Assembly (NCBI GenBank): GCA_036785375.1
Contig: JAWMAR010000342.1
Span: forward strand, 1,426,001-1,490,000
Reading direction: 5' to 3'
Origin: Leucoraja ocellata
Lineage: Eukaryota
DNA: 64,000 nt
How positions within the stretch are numbered: the stretch's first letter is position 1; the number at the start of each line of letters is the position of its first letter. The notes under the pieces were generated by a model, which searched no databases, was not told the DNA's origin, and saw nothing but the letters and a program-made list of their open reading frames with translations. A program made the translations under genes and the position numbers. This document shows positions 36,737 to 50,702 of this stretch, in pieces.

Positions 36737-38179
36737 GTAAGTCTTTGCATATGTACTTTGCATATTGCATGTCCATTGTCAGATATACGTTGTATTGCTT
36801 TTCTTTCCATTAGAATTTAAGAATGATTTGCTGGCTTACTTATTCTATTGATGACTGTTTATCAATTGATAATTGATATTAAAAAAAAATATTCTATTTA
36901 TAATTATTCTATTTATAATCAAAGGTGTCGATCATTAATTTGATAACCGTTAAAGCTTAATAATCGATATTGATTAAGTCAATTGTTTGTAAACAAATTG
37001 TGTGATGGTCGTCTTATCTGACGTGATTTGATTTGCTTGTACGTTTGCCTGCTTGTGTGTCTAAATTTCTATTCTTCACTTTAATTTTCACCATGTTCAA
37101 ATAGGGATCAAGGGATTAGTTTCCCACCTTCCTCCCTGGAGTCCCAGTGAGCCACGTTACAAACTTATATGAGTTTTCTAGGAAATTCTTAATGCTGTAC
37201 CTTGTAGCAAACAAAATATCATCTATGCACATCAACAAGTGTGAATAAAATTGTTGTGGCATTAAGTGAAGTAAACATGTGGAGATTAGCCAGAGATTGA
37301 AGAGATTGTTACAGAGATCGCAGAACACTTAAGTGGGGTAGATGTCGGGTGTGTAGACAAGATTAAACAATGTATAATGGGTGTCATCATTCGCTTATAT
37401 GAGATAAACAAATAAGGCTTGGGGTTAGAGTATGTAGCTGTGTGGCGGGACAATTCAAATCACAAACTGGAAAAGCACCTACTGACCAAAAAGATAAGCT
37501 TCATATTAAAGAAACATTATTCAAGCTTGATATTTTGTGAAAGAGCATCTTATTTGAAGTGTATACATTTTAATTTATTTTCATGGGCATTACACAAAGA
37601 TGTGAGTGAAGCAGTAATTGTTTACTTTTAGACATTGCATGTTTTCACAAAATATTGAAGAGGGCTATTGCTCCAAGAAATAAGGACAATTATTTAAACT
37701 TCAGTTGGATCAGTAAGCTGGAGGAAAAGATTCAAGACAATTTTTTCCCGAATGGGTGAAGATTTTTAAGTTGGTGTGATCTATAATGTACTATCTGAAA
37801 GGATAGTGGAAGAATAGTTCATATTAATTTTCAAATAGGAATTTGATTAATAATTGGAAAGATAATTGCATAACGTTTAAAGAGATGGTGGAATGTAGAA
37901 AGATGCTATAAAGATTTCATTTTGAATTTGCTTAGTATTTCACTTTCATTGAGTGGCAGCAGAAGTGTGGTATTGATGTTGAAATCCTGCATTTTGCTTT
38001 TGAAGAACAGTTAAACTCCAATAGTCTGCTATTCAACTTTTCATAAAATCCAATAATTTGTAACATGGCTCACCGGGACTCCAGTTCCCATGCTTCCATT
38101 AAACTCGCTGGGTTTGTAGGAAATTTTATTATACTACTGTGTAACATTTTTTTTAAGTATCAGAGAATATTAATTAGAA

Positions 38180-38420
38180 CTAGACCAAGTGGGACCCGTT
38201 GGGACCAGTCTCCTCAACGCGCGGTTGCGGGGGGGGCAGCCTGCGGCGTCCAACACACACACCAACACACACTACACTAACCTCCTCCCCCTGATATTAT
38301 ATTAATATTCATTCACTCCTTTTCTCCAATCCCCCACCCTATCCACTCACACATAGTCCCCAACTGCAAAGGCACGGCTAGAGAGGGAGAAAAGCTTGGA
38401 TCCCTGAGTTTTTAAATGGC
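38180..38420 (-). mobile_element. Helitron 3' fragment
   Basis: ctagaccaagtgggacccgttggg..., similar to 1735-1880. Confidence 0.7.
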
Positions 38421-38545
38421 TTTGCATGTATTTTTGATGTGTTGCAAACTGTAATGTGCCATTTAGTCCATTCATTAAAAAAAATAATAAATCACTCGTA
38501 TTGGAAGATAAATCCTTATTTAAATGGCTTTTTGTGTTCTTCAAG

Positions 38546-38691
38546 GGATTCCAATATTATTAGTATTTGGAATAATGGGAAAGGCATTCCAGTAGTGGAG
38601 CACAAAGTAGAAAAAGTATATGTCCCTGCGTTAATTTTTGGACAGCTCTTAACCTCGAGTAACTATGATGATGAAGAAAAGAAAATCACAG
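38546..38691 (+). CDS. TOP2B: TOP2B exon 5
   Basis: tcaag|G...G|gtaag. Encodes DSNIISIWNNGKGIPVVEHKVEKVYVPALIFGQLLTSSNYDDEEKKIT. Confidence 0.96.
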
Positions 38692-38790
38692 GTAAGAACT
38701 GTGTTTGCCATGACATTAAATTGTGAAAAATATTTTCAGCAGTTGATGGGATTGATGCCAATAAATTTGTTAATTTTTTGGATTTTGTAG

Positions 38791-38888
38791 GTGGAAGAAA
38801 TGGCTATGGTGCTAAACTTTGCAACATATTCAGCACAAAGTTTACAGTAGAGACTGCTTGTAAAGAATATAAAAGCAGTTTTAAACAG
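38791..38888 (+). CDS. TOP2B: TOP2B exon 6
   Basis: tgtag|GT...CAG|gtaag. Encodes GGRNGYGAKLCNIFSTKFTVETACKEYKSSFKQ. Confidence 0.96.
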
Positions 38889-38954
38889 GTAAGATGTGAT
38901 TTTAATCCATTTTAATTGATTGGAAGATGAGGAAACATTGTAGTTTGACAAAAG

Positions 38955-39112
38955 ACAATAGGTGCATGAGTAGGCCATTCGCCCCTTCGAGCCAGCACCA
39001 CCATTCAATGTGATCATGGCTGATCATCCCCAATCAATACCCCGTTCCTGCCTTCTCCCCATATCCCATGACTCCGCTATTTTTAAGAGTCCTATCTAGC
39101 TCTCTCTTGGAG
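38955..39112 (-). mobile_element. CR1 3'UTR fragment
   Basis: Near-identical in structure to 5430-5580. Confidence 0.75.
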
Positions 39113-39386
39113 AGCAGTAGCGTTGAGATGGAGGGGATTGGGGATCATGCCAGCAACTTACTCACCGCTGCCGCAGCGCTCCGGGCGCGGAGCCACCGCA
39201 TTGTGGCCGGCGAGGGAAATAGCTTGGGTGGCTGCGAGCGGCCGCCCGGACCAGACAGCGTCACCGGCCGTCTCTGTCTCTCAGCGCCTACTGCCGGCCC
39301 ACCCGCCAGCCAGCCACGGTGTCTTTCGGCACAGGCGCACCCGATGGAGGTGGTGGTTGGTGGGTAGCTATTGGGCGAAGGGCTGG

Positions 39387-39580
39387 NNNNNNNNNNNNNN
39401 NNNNNNNNNNNNNNNNNNNNNNNNNNNNNNNNNNNNNNNNNNNNNNNNNNNNNNNNNNNNNNNNNNNNNNNNNNNNNNNNNNNNNNNNNNNNNNNNNNNN
39501 NNNNNNNNNNNNNNNNNNNNNNNNNNNNNNNNNNNNNNNNNNNNNNNNNNNNNNNNNNNNNNNNNNNNNNNNNNNNNNNN
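39387..39580. other. assembly gap
   Basis: Run of N. Confidence 1.
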
Positions 39581-41035
39581 CTGGGTGCTTCAGCCAGTCC
39601 CGGGCTCGCAGGGACCTGGGCGCTACAGCCAGTCCAGGGGCAGGCGACTTGGGAACTGCAGCTACTTATACAATGATACTGCTACACTCGGTTATAGCGG
39701 TCTATCAGCAATAACGGACACAATCATCCCCCCCCCCCCCCCCCCCCCCCCCCCCTCTCCCTATGGTCTGTTATAACAAAGGTTTATTATAATGGCCCAA
39801 ACCTTCTATTGAAATCTTAATGAGCCGCCAACTGAGCCATGCTATTTTATTGCCTACACCTCAGTATGATTTCCCATTGATCCCTTTTCCTTCTAGAGCA
39901 GGTGTAGATCTTTGACTAAGCTGCACACATAACAGAAATCATGTATTATCTTTCTGCTGACTGGTTAGTACACAACACAAGCTTTTCACAGTACCTCGGT
40001 GACAATAAACTAAACTAAGAAATAGTTTGATTCACTCTGCAATTGTAGACATGTTGCACCAGATAAAAATATGGGTACATTTCATAGTGTTCATTTGGGG
40101 TTAGGTTGTTAGGAGTTATCTGTACAAACATGAGTATTGATGTATTGTTACATCAAAATGTTTTATTTCTCTAGTCAGTGACTGCCAAAGCAGAGAGATA
40201 ACACATACTGTACAGGAATATGAGAACAAATACAAATTTCATGTTTTTCTACTGTACCACAAATTACAATTTTAAAATTTAAATGTGTGCTCCTGATCTT
40301 CCTTTTGTTCACACTTATGTGCCCAAATACTCAAACCTCCACACCAATCTCCACTGTCTTTTCTCCAGTTTTTTCCACATACCCCTGCTTAAGCTCTTCA
40401 GAATGTACACGTGCATACATAGGTACTCTTCTCAAGTTTGTGTGAAATACTTGGAATCGTACTCAATCTAACTATCTTTAAATATTTGTTGAATCAAAAT
40501 TTTGACGTTTTGGAGTTTTGTGCTAAATACATGAATGTGCAAAGGACAAGGGAGGTAAATAAATACTTCTACCCAAATATAACCTGTTTAAGCTCCTCCC
40601 ACATTCATTCTTAAAAAATCACCCATAGCCAAAAATGTTCTTGCTGTGCTTTTCTGAAATCTTATTTAGATATATTTGTTGTTGCTGATTTAGAGCTTGT
40701 GCTTGTATTATTTTCATTAAATCTTCCAGCATTTTATTGAATTTGGCATTAAGTTTGGAATACTCGTCCTTATGCTGAGGAATGTATTATTTTGATAATC
40801 GGACCCTGGTTTCATCTACAAAAATGTGTAATTAATTCATCCTTTATATTTTGTATGTGACCTTCTATAATTATTATCCTATTAACAAAGGCAGATCACA
40901 TGATTTTTTTGTGTGCAATCATTCTTGAGGTAACTTCCATAAGGCAAAAGCAGTGATATTTGTTAAATTTGTGCCTAATCTATGAACAAAATTAAATTTT
41001 AAAATATTTCAAAACATTTTATTTTCTTAATGCAG

Positions 41036-41248
41036 ACGTGGACAAATAATATGAACAAATCATCTGAGTCAAGGATTAAATATTTTGATGGAGATGATTA
41101 CACATGTATTACATTCCATCCTGATCTGTCAAAATTTAAGATGGAAAAACTGGATAAAGATATAGTGGCCCTTTTGACGAGGAGAGCTTACGATGTAGCT
41201 GGGTCATGTAAAGGAGTCAAAGTCATGCTTAATGGAAAGAAATTGCCA
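41036..41248 (+). CDS. TOP2B: TOP2B exon 7
   Basis: tgcag|ACG...CCA|gtaag. Encodes TWTNNMNK...YTCITFHPDLSKFKMEKLDKDIVALLTRRAYDVAG...NGKKLP. Confidence 0.96.
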
Positions 41249-41649
41249 GTAAGTAATTATTAAATGCACGTTTAGATTGCAATTTTTGCCGGATATTTTG
41301 GAATAGTCCATAGATAAAAATATTCACCAGGTCAGGCAATATCTTTGGACAGAGAAGACAACTGGTGTTTGAGGTTGATGACCTTTTCAGAACTGGGAAA
41401 AGTCAAAAATAAAACAAGTTTTTTTAAATTCAGCTGAAGTGGGGGAGGGGCATTTTAGACAACCAAATAAGGGTGGAGGACAAAAGATTTAAAACAATAT
41501 GAGACTGCGGGTTCAAACAGTATGATACAAGCAGGGTGAAACTGAGTTGAAAAGACATGTGAATCATAAATTGTTGGTCTGGAAAAAGCATCAATAAGAG
41601 AAGATTAAAAATTACAATAAAGGGAAATAAGCTCTGAATGCTCAACCAA

Positions 41650-42375
41650 AAAATACAGTCCTAGAGAAACTCTGCAGATCAGGCAGTATCTGGGGAGGAA
41701 ATGGACAGGTGATATTTTGGGTCGGGATCTTTCTGCAGACCTGTCGTGAAAAGAAAGTTGAAAAAGAGGTGGAAGCAAGGTAAGGCGTTGCAAGTGATAG
41801 GTGGTGATTGGCAGGTCAATAACGTTAGTGATAAAGTCTAGAGGTGAAAAAGAGACAAAGGGAAAGAAAAGAAAGAGTGAAATATAAAGTCGGCAGAGGG
41901 ATACAGGTGAAAAGAGACTGTGGGTAGAGAGGGAGGTTAAAAAGGAAATTAGATAAATCCACCTTCTTACCGCTGGCTTGTAAGTTCCCCAAGTCAAATC
42001 TGTGATGCTGTTCCTCCAATTTGCATATGGTCTCACTGACAGTGGAAAAGGCGTAAGGCGTGTAGGAATGAGAAGGGGAGTTAAAATGTTTGGCAACCGG
42101 GAGATCACGTAGGCCAAGGCGGACTACGTGTTCAGTGAAATAATTCCCAAATCTACACTGGGGTCACGCTGATCTATCAGACCCCACTCCAGGAACACCA
42201 GATACAGTAGATGAGGTTGGAAGAGGTGCAAGTGAATCTCTGGCTCACCTAAAAGGACTGTTGGGGTCCATGGATGGAATCGAAGGAGGAGGGGTATGCT
42301 GCCTGACCCACTGGTTTACTCCAGCATTTTGTGTCTATCTTCGGCATAAACCAGCTTCTGTGGTTCCTTCCTACA
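41650..42375 (-). mobile_element. Penelope-like element fragment (GIY-YIG region) with inverted terminal repeat at its 5' junction
   Basis: 41950-42270 is homologous to 59990-60290, and 42296-42375 is a plus-strand terminal repeat. Confidence 0.72.
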
Positions 42376-42849
42376 GCCTTTACCTTATAACAGGAAAGAT
42401 GAGGAGGATTTGGAGAGGGCACAGAAAAGCTTCATCAGGATGTTGCTGGGATTAGAGGGTATTAACTTAAACTGTTTTCTTTGGAACACTGGCGGCTGAA
42501 AGGAGACCTGATAATTATATAAACCTCTATGAGAGCATTGATAAGATGACAGTCAAATCATTTTTCAGAGTGGAAATCCCAAATTCTCAACCGCATAGAT
42601 TTAAGTTTAGAGTGAGACCGTTTAAAGAAAATATGTTGCGCAAGTTCTTTTTTTTATATGGAGTGGTGCATACCTGGAACGAGCTGCCAGGAGTGGTCTT
42701 GGAAGCAGACATAAATGGGGTTGAGAGGGGAAAATAGAACAGCTATAATCGAATTGTGGGGTAGACTTAATGGGCCAAATGGCCTAATTCTGCTCCTATT
42801 TTTTATGGTATGCAATGTATGTTGAACTGTGTTCTTGCTAACCTTTTAG

Positions 42850-43023
42850 ATAAATGGATTCCGGAGTTATGTGGATCTTTATGTCAAAGATAAGTTGGAT
42901 GAGACTGGCATTGCACTAAAGGTGGTTCATGAAGCAGTGAATGATCGCTGGGAGGTGTGTCTGACCATGAGTGAGAAAGGCTTTCAGCAAGTCAGCTTTG
43001 TAAATAGTATTGCTACCACGAAG
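42850..43023 (+). CDS. TOP2B: TOP2B exon 8
   Basis: tttag|ATA...AAG|gtcag. Encodes INGFRSYVDLYVKDKLDE...RWEVCLTMSEKGFQQVSFVNSIATTK. Confidence 0.96.
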
Positions 43024-43129
43024 GTCAGTATTTAAAAAAGGGTATATTATCAAACAATGCTTTTTAAAAGATCTCGCCTAACTTTCTTGCAAATTAAAAA
43101 TATTTCAAAATTTGATGTTATTTTCAAAG

Positions 43130-43231
43130 GGTGGTAGACATGCTGATTATGTGGTAGACCAGATTGTAAGTAAGTTGATTGAAGTGGTGAAAAAGAAAAA
43201 CAAGGCTGGAGTATCAGTAAAACCGTTTCAG
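43130..43231 (+). CDS. TOP2B: TOP2B exon 9
   Basis: caaag|GGT...CAG|gtatg. Encodes GGRHADYVVDQIVSKLIEVVKKKNKAGVSVKPFQ. Confidence 0.96.
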
Positions 43232-43321
43232 GTATGTTTTTAGTAGAATTTTAGTAAAACTTGACAAAATAAACAAATTTGAGAACGAAGATAACTTCAG
43301 ATGTGTTTTTCTTTTGCAAAG

Positions 43322-43459
43322 GTAAAAAATCATTTATGGGTCTTTGTCAATTGTCTAATTGAAAACCCAACATTTGATTCACAAACAAAAGAAAACATGA
43401 CTATTCAGCCAAAGAACTTTGGATCCAAGTGCTTACTTACCGAGAAGTTCTTCAAGGGG
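43322..43459 (+). CDS. TOP2B: TOP2B exon 10
   Basis: caaag|GTA...GGG|gttag. Encodes VKNHLWVFVNCLIENPTFDSQTKENMT...EKFFKG. Confidence 0.96.
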
Positions 43460-44953
43460 GTTAGTATTTCGATGTTAATTTGTCAAAATGTACAACTTTG
43501 ATTTCATACATTGTGTACAGGTAGGGGACATTGGTTAGGGTTAAAGTTCTTAACCTGAACTAGAACTCTCAACCTGTCACCTTTTGATGTTAATTAACTC
43601 TCATTCAAATAATTTCCGGGTTGATGGCTTAAATCTTTCAAGGAGGTTGCTTACTTCTCTTTTTATAGGATTTCCTACTTAATGTTCATCAGACCTCTGG
43701 AAACACTGCAGGTAAAAAAGAGGGTAAACGTGTAATATCCACTTTCCAGCACTGGTTTGTGGACTTTGAGGAGTAGAATTTTTTTCAGGCCAACAAACAC
43801 TTCCTCCAAACACTTTCTACCATGCCACATCACTGACATTCTGTGATGATCACCCTCCTTTCTCAACATAGCTCCACTCTCACCCACATTTTCATTGGAG
43901 CATCATTAAATGTTGCAAAGTAGCAATACATAGCACAGGTACCATGCTTCTTACCTTGATTGTTACTTGGTTTTCAGTGGCATAACCTAAAGCAATATAT
44001 TTAAACATAGATATGTTCATATTTTACATTGTTAAAGCCACCAAGTGGAGTTACTTACTATCACTCTCTGTTGAGTTTACCCCACACCCCCAAACACAGA
44101 CAATTAACTTAAGCTAGGAAGCAAAGACAAAGGCAAAAATATTTTTGTTTCAAAACTTAAACTTGACTTTCTTGTTACTATTTTCACTGCGGTTGGCAGT
44201 AACTCGGTCAAGTTGAAACAGAGTTAAAAATCCTCACTCATGTTTTGATTTCAAAGCTATATCCTATCCAGTACAAAACTGGTTTGTTTAGCTTCAGATA
44301 TCAATCTGTGAAGAACTAAACTTATCTTTGTGACATCCTTCACTCCAATAAACTTAATTTTATCTTAGATCAACCACTCGTATCCTAACCATCACCAATT
44401 TCCACCTTTCTAATCGCTTCAAGATATTCATGTTTGAATTTACTTATAGCTACTTGCCCCTCTTGCCTTTCATCTTTTTTTCACGGTTATCCAGATAGTG
44501 TGGTTGGTAGCAGTGTTTGCTTTACTCTGAAACTTGTTCTCTAAAACTCTACTTTTGCTTTTTTTGGGGTTTTAGAAAGTACTCTCATAGCCAGCATTTC
44601 TTCCAAGTTTTTAATTCCCTCTTCATTAGTTAAGGATAGGTTCCTGCTCATTCCCCCTCCAGGAATATTCTAGGTTTTAGACAAATTATATAAATGCCAT
44701 TTTCAGATTCATTAAAGATATTTTTGTAATTAGATCATTGTGTTGATTTAGAATAAGTTAGATGATTGGATTGGGAAAAGGAGAGCTAAGAGGATCCAGC
44801 AGAAAACTGGAGCCAAATGCTTTACTCCTCCTGTTTCCTATTTTATGTTTTATTGCATTTTGTATTGTTAAAATGAAATAGATATTTCTTGAATGGATTG
44901 TTTTTTTTTCTACATTGTTTTACAAGGAATGAAAATTTCTTTGGTCCTTCCAG

Positions 44954-45092
44954 GCAAACAACTGTGGCATTGTTGAAAGTATATTAAATTGGGTAAAATT
45001 TAAAGCCCAGACCCAACTTAACAAGAAGTGTTCCTCAGTAAAACACAGCAAAATTAAAGGCATTCCAAAATTGGATGATGCCAATGATGCAG
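44954..45092 (+). CDS. TOP2B: TOP2B exon 11
   Basis: tccag|GCA...G|gtaca. Encodes ANNCGIVESILNWVKFKAQTQLNKKCSSVKHSKIKGIPKLDDANDA. Confidence 0.96.
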
Positions 45093-45317
45093 GTACAGTA
45101 AGTGCTTTTGCTTTCAATTCTGCTAGAACACTGATGACATAATTTATCATATCCTTGGTTTAAAATAAAGTAGTCTTTGGAGAATTAAAAAAAAAAATCA
45201 GAACTACAGTGGTTTAAAAAAGGCCCTTCAAATATTTGTGTGCAAAACACTTTCGAAAATTCATTTAGCATTAGTTTTTAACATGTAAACTAAAGGACGT
45301 GCATATTTTTCTAACAG

Positions 45318-45475
45318 GTGGAAGGCATTCGACAGACTGTACTTTGATTCTGACAGAAGGAGATTCAGCCAAATCCTTGGCTGTGTCAGGTCTAGGTGTA
45401 ATTGGCCGTGATAGATATGGTGTATTCCCTCTGAGGGGTAAAATTCTCAATGTCCGGGAGGCTTCACATAAACAG
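45318..45475 (+). CDS. TOP2B: TOP2B exon 12 (TOPRIM EGDSA, PLRGK)
   Basis: aacag|GT...CAG|gtatg. Encodes GGRHSTDCTLILTEGDSAKSLAVSGLGVIGRDRYGVFPLRGKILNVREASHKQ. Confidence 0.97.
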
Positions 45476-46834
45476 GTATGATCTCACATTAGTAGTGTCA
45501 AATTGCATTGTATACATTAACTTGGAATGAAGAATGTGCTATTTTGACCTCGTATGCAAATCTATTTAATGTAAAAACAATTGTGAATGAAGCATTTGAG
45601 TGAGTGCTGTACTTGATAAAAAAAGTGCGTTTAAAATGCCTAAGCACATGTAGTTTGCAGGTTGTTTTATATTAGCAAGTTTGTACTTCAGATTTATTTT
45701 TATATTCCTATTAGAACAACCGCGGACCCGTTGTGTTCCGTTCCCCCCAAAGTAATATTCCACCAATCTGCGCATGCGCGGCCCACACTGCGCAGGCACG
45801 ACTGCCGCGTTCAAAGTTGTGCTGTTGACGGCAGAAATTGTTAAAGTTAATAAAGTGAATAGAGGAGCCGTTTGTAAAATAGAACAATACTTATCCGTGG
45901 AGCCGTTGTGTCACCGTTGTGAGGCCAGGCAAGTACAGGCGGAGAAATAAAATGGCAATATGAAAATCGGCAAAGGGCCCAACTGCGCACGCGCGGATAC
46001 CGGGCCCACTGTGCACGTGCGGGTATTAATCAACCATTCACCCATGGCCCCCGACTGTGTAGGCACGACTGACGGGCCGCAGTGTTGTGTCATTGGCGGC
46101 AGAAATTAAGTTGAAGTTAATAAAGTGAAAAGAGGACCCGTGGAGGCCTTTGTAAAATAGAACAAAACATACCCATGGGCCAGGCAAGTACAGGCGGGAA
46201 AAATACCCAAAATGGCGATCTGAAAATTGGCACTGGCCCCGACTGCGCACACGCGGATACCGGGCCCACTGCGCACCCGCAGGGAAACGGCATCATTTTG
46301 CATTGCTGCCACGTCACCCGGCACCATTTTCAATTGTGACGCGCCTGACGGGCCTCCTCCAACTGCGCATGCGCAGCCGGCAAGTGGGGATGCTGTTTTA
46401 AGTAAATTTAAGTTTTAAATGTCAATACGTTGTAAAATATAACATCAATCTGAACGAAACTTGGCTAATGCACATTGCAGGACAATGGTGAGTAAGGTGG
46501 GCCAAAAACTGTAGCGCTATCGTTTACCGTTTTGGCAGAGTTTTGGGAACAAATGTATAAACAAACAAGATGAGCGTTTTGGTAATATATACCAGCCCAA
46601 GTGGGACCGTTTCCCCCAACACAATCCATCACTCACCCGGGGGTGGCGTCGGAGGAAAGTTCTGGAATCTTTTTGTAAAACGTTGCGGGACGGCATCTGT
46701 GCTCCCCGGAGCCAATGAATGGACTTGACTTGGTTCCCCGGAGCAAATCAATCCCTACATGGGGGAGGGGGGGGGGGGGTGAAATTTCTGGAATCTTTTT
46801 TTGTAAAACGGCAATCAATCCTTCCCACGTGAAA

Positions 46835-47195
46835 ACCCCCACCCCACACACAATAACCCCCCACACACTCACTAAGCCACCCCCACACACACTAGCCCCG
46901 CCACACACTAACCCCCTCCCCACAATCACGACCCCCCCCACATGCACTAACCTCCCCCCACACACACTAACCCCCCACACACACGCTAACCCCCCCCACA
47001 CACACACTAACCCCCCCCCCACACACACACATTACCCCCTCCCCAAACACTAACCCCCACCCCACACTCACACTAACCCCCCCCCACACACACTAAACCC
47101 CCCACAACACACTCACTAACCCCCCTCCCCACACTATAACCCCCCCCACACACACACACACACTAACCCCCCCCCCCCCCCACACGCTAATCACA
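46835..47195. repeat. (CACACTAACCCCC)n minisatellite inside a Helitron
   Basis: Visible tandem units. Confidence 0.85.
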
Positions 47196-50100
47196 CGCTT
47201 ATCCCATTGTGATGTCATTGGCAGCTTATGTAAATGAGATCCTATTGTGATTGGACAACTATGAGATCCCATTGTGACGTCATAGCTACTAACTGCCAGA
47301 ATCTCCGATCCAGCTATTAAATATCAATTACTTGTGAAATATAACATCAAACTTGACACGAACGACCATGGGACAAAGGTGAGTAAAGTGGGTGGCAGCT
47401 GAGACCCCATTGTAATGTCATTGTCGGAATGTTCATGGCAGCGTATGTTAATGAGATTCCATTGTGATTGGAGGACTGTGAGACAGTGTTTCCACTTTGA
47501 AGGAAATTACCCGAAATTCGAGAAATTCTGGTTGTCTTTGGGCAATTTTAGGGAAATTAAATAATTACGAGGAATTTCCTGGCATGTGCGACTGCCGCCC
47601 CAACTGCACACGCACGGATCCAATCCGGCACGCGGGATGATTTGCAGGAAAAAAGTATGTACCCGTATACGACCATCTGTGCCTGCGCAGTTCGGGGACG
47701 CCTGTCAGCCGCGTCACAATTGAAAATGACTCCGGTGAGGCAGTACGGACGGCGTCTCCCCGCGAATGTGCTGTTGGACCGGTATCCGCGTATGCAAATA
47801 TAACACCAATCTGGTGAAATATAACATCAATCTAAACTAAACTTGATACAACCACAGGTCAATGGTGAGTAACGTGGTGCAAAAATGTTTGCGCTATTGT
47901 GTACCGTATTGGCGTAGATACTTGAGATTGCATGCAGACAGACAGACAGACGTCCAAACAAGACAAGACTTTTAGTAATATATAAACCAAGTGGGCCCCG
48001 TTCCCCCAACGCAATATTCCACCACTCACCCGTTCCCCCAACGCAACCCGTTTCCACTACTTACCCGTTCCCCCAACGCAATATTCCACCACTCACCCAG
48101 AGCCCTGGCGGGAGGCCTGGTCCCCCAACGCAACCAGTTCCCCAATGTAAGATTTCACCACTCCCCTGCCTCCCCCAGCACTGGACTTAAAATAAAAATT
48201 CCAATTACACTTCTCCTGCCTCTCCCAGCACTTCCAATTCCACTTCCCATGGCCCTTCCCCTCCTATTTAATCACTTGCTGCCAGGACCACGACTAAGTG
48301 TTCTATGATGGCAACATTGTTGCAAATATCGGGTGAAGGACTGTGAGATCCCATTGTGAAATTATAGCTGCAACTGCCAGCACTGAAGTGTTGAAGTGAA
48401 TTTAGTAAACTTAAAAACGTGATAACTTGTAAAATATAACATCAATGTGAACAAAACTTGATATAAACAACCACGTCAATGGTGAGTACGTGCTATTGTC
48501 TACTGTTTTGGAGTAGTTCCTTGAGCTCACTCAATCACAGACACACGCATACAAGACGAGACTTTTAGTTTTGAAATAGACTAAGTGGGACCCATTGGGT
48601 CCTAGCATCACACGGGAGGGCTGGTCCCCCAACGTAATATTCCACCTCTCCACCAATGGCAATATTGGTGGGGGGGTGGGGGGGCTTTCTGGAGCGCTAG
48701 TATGGACATTGTGGGCCGAATATATTCTTGGGCTGGCGGCTCAGTCACTCAAGCCTGCTATGCTGGCAGCTCACTCACGGCTGGTTGGCTGGCAGTTCAC
48801 TCACGGCTATTCCTTGAAATTCCATTTCAAGCAGGGTGCGAGGCCACCAAATTCAAGTGCAGTTTCTTACCACTTCAAGCAGGGTGCAAGGCCACCAAAT
48901 TCAAGTGCAGTTTCATACCATTTCAAGCAGGGTGCAAGGCCACTAAAGACAGCGAGTCGTGACCTCTCCCTCCTCCATCTAGCAGAGACTGAGCTACGCC
49001 CACACTTCTGGGTTTTATAGTCCCTCGCCCCTCCCACCAGAAGGGGCGTGGCGTTCATGGCATGATTGACAGGAGAGAGAATCGCAACATTTTTTAAACA
49101 CTGATAACTCTTTTATTTTTCATCGATGGGAAAAATCCTCGGCACCTGATTTCTAAAATCAATATAAAGCGCAAACAGGAAGTGGTCAAGATTAGACTTT
49201 TAATTATATAGAAGGCAAGGCAACTTTAATTAGGCAAGGCAACTTTAGACAATACAGCTTTAGCATATCCAAACCAAAGGCAACACAGCTTTAGCATTTC
49301 TAAATCAAAGGCAACACAGCTCTAGCATTTCCAAACTATATTTTCCAACTACATTAAGGACACTGACAGGTCAGTAAAACCACTCACAGTTTAGCAGACA
49401 TGTGTTCAGTGTTATTCACAGCTCAGGCTGAGAGACGTGACACTCTCGCTCCCCCATCTTGCAGGGACTGAATGAGGCACTCAACACTTCCGGGTTTTAT
49501 AGTCCAGGGTTCGAAATTAGCGGTTGCCCGTGTGCCATTGACCACCCAAAGTGCCTCCGGGCAACCTAAACGCCGACTCATTTTGCCCGGCTTGGCACGC
49601 AGGTTCTGATTTATACCGAAGATAGACACAAAAAAACTGTAATAACTCCGCGGGTCAGGCAGCATCTCTGGAGAAATGGAACGTGACGTTTCGTGTCGGC
49701 CACGGCTGTATTGCGGGGCAAAGATACCAGGTGCGGGGTGACGAAGGGTCGGAACAAATGACGAGCTCCGCACAACGGCAGCAGCGGCCGTGACTGCGGC
49801 TCCGTCTACTCCTCCTGCACTCTGCCCGCCCTGATAAGGGCCGCTGCTTGCAAATCCGCTAACGGCGCTTTCAAAACAAACCCTCCCTGCACGCCGAGGC
49901 AGGGAGGAGGAGGGGCAGGGGGAGGCCTCGGCATGCGGGAGGGTTTGTTTTGAAAGCGCCGTTAGCGGATTTGTAAGCAGCGGCCGCTATCAGGGAGGAG
50001 GAGGAGATGGAGCCGCTGTGCGGGGCCCGTCATTCGCTCCGACCCTTCTGAAGCAGCTGCACTGCTCTGCCCCGAACTTTGCTGTTGGCTGGCGGAGGAG

Positions 50101-50702
50101 GGGAGGCGGTGGCGAGGAGATCCCAACAGCCAAGGCAGCGGGGCGATGTTGTCCGAGGAGCGCTGGCCTTCCTTCCTCCCCACCTCGTCTCTCTCTCTCC
50201 CTCTCTCCCTCGCCCCCTCTCCTCCTCTCTCTCTCCTCTCCCTCTCTCTCTCTCCTCTCCATCCTGTACTGACCCACCCTCCATTTACCCTGCACCATCC
50301 CCTCATTCATCCTGTAGTGATCACCCATTCATCCTGCTCAGACCCTCCGATCCACACTGTACTGACCCACCCCCCCATTCATCCTGCGCTGATCTCTTTC
50401 CCCCCCCCCCCCCATCCATCCATCCAGTACTGATCCTCCCATTCAAGAAGAATGGGGGGAACAGTCTGAATAAAGGTCTCGGACCCGAAACAATGCCTAT
50501 TTCTTTTGATCCATAGATGCTGCATCACCCGCTGAGTTTCTCCTGCACGTTTGTCTATCCCTATCCATCCGTACTGAACCCGCCTATTCAACAGCACTGA
50601 CATCCCTCGTGCTCTTCCCTCACAATTTTACCTACTCCAACCATCACATACTAATTCACCTACCTCAATCCATCCATTCCGCCACCGATTGCCTTCTAAA
50701 CC

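Noticed and set aside
39114-39795. GC-rich segment with a possible Tigger-like end and long ORFs spanning the gap
   Set aside because: The ORFs are artefacts of N runs, and termini and TSD could not be defined across the gap.
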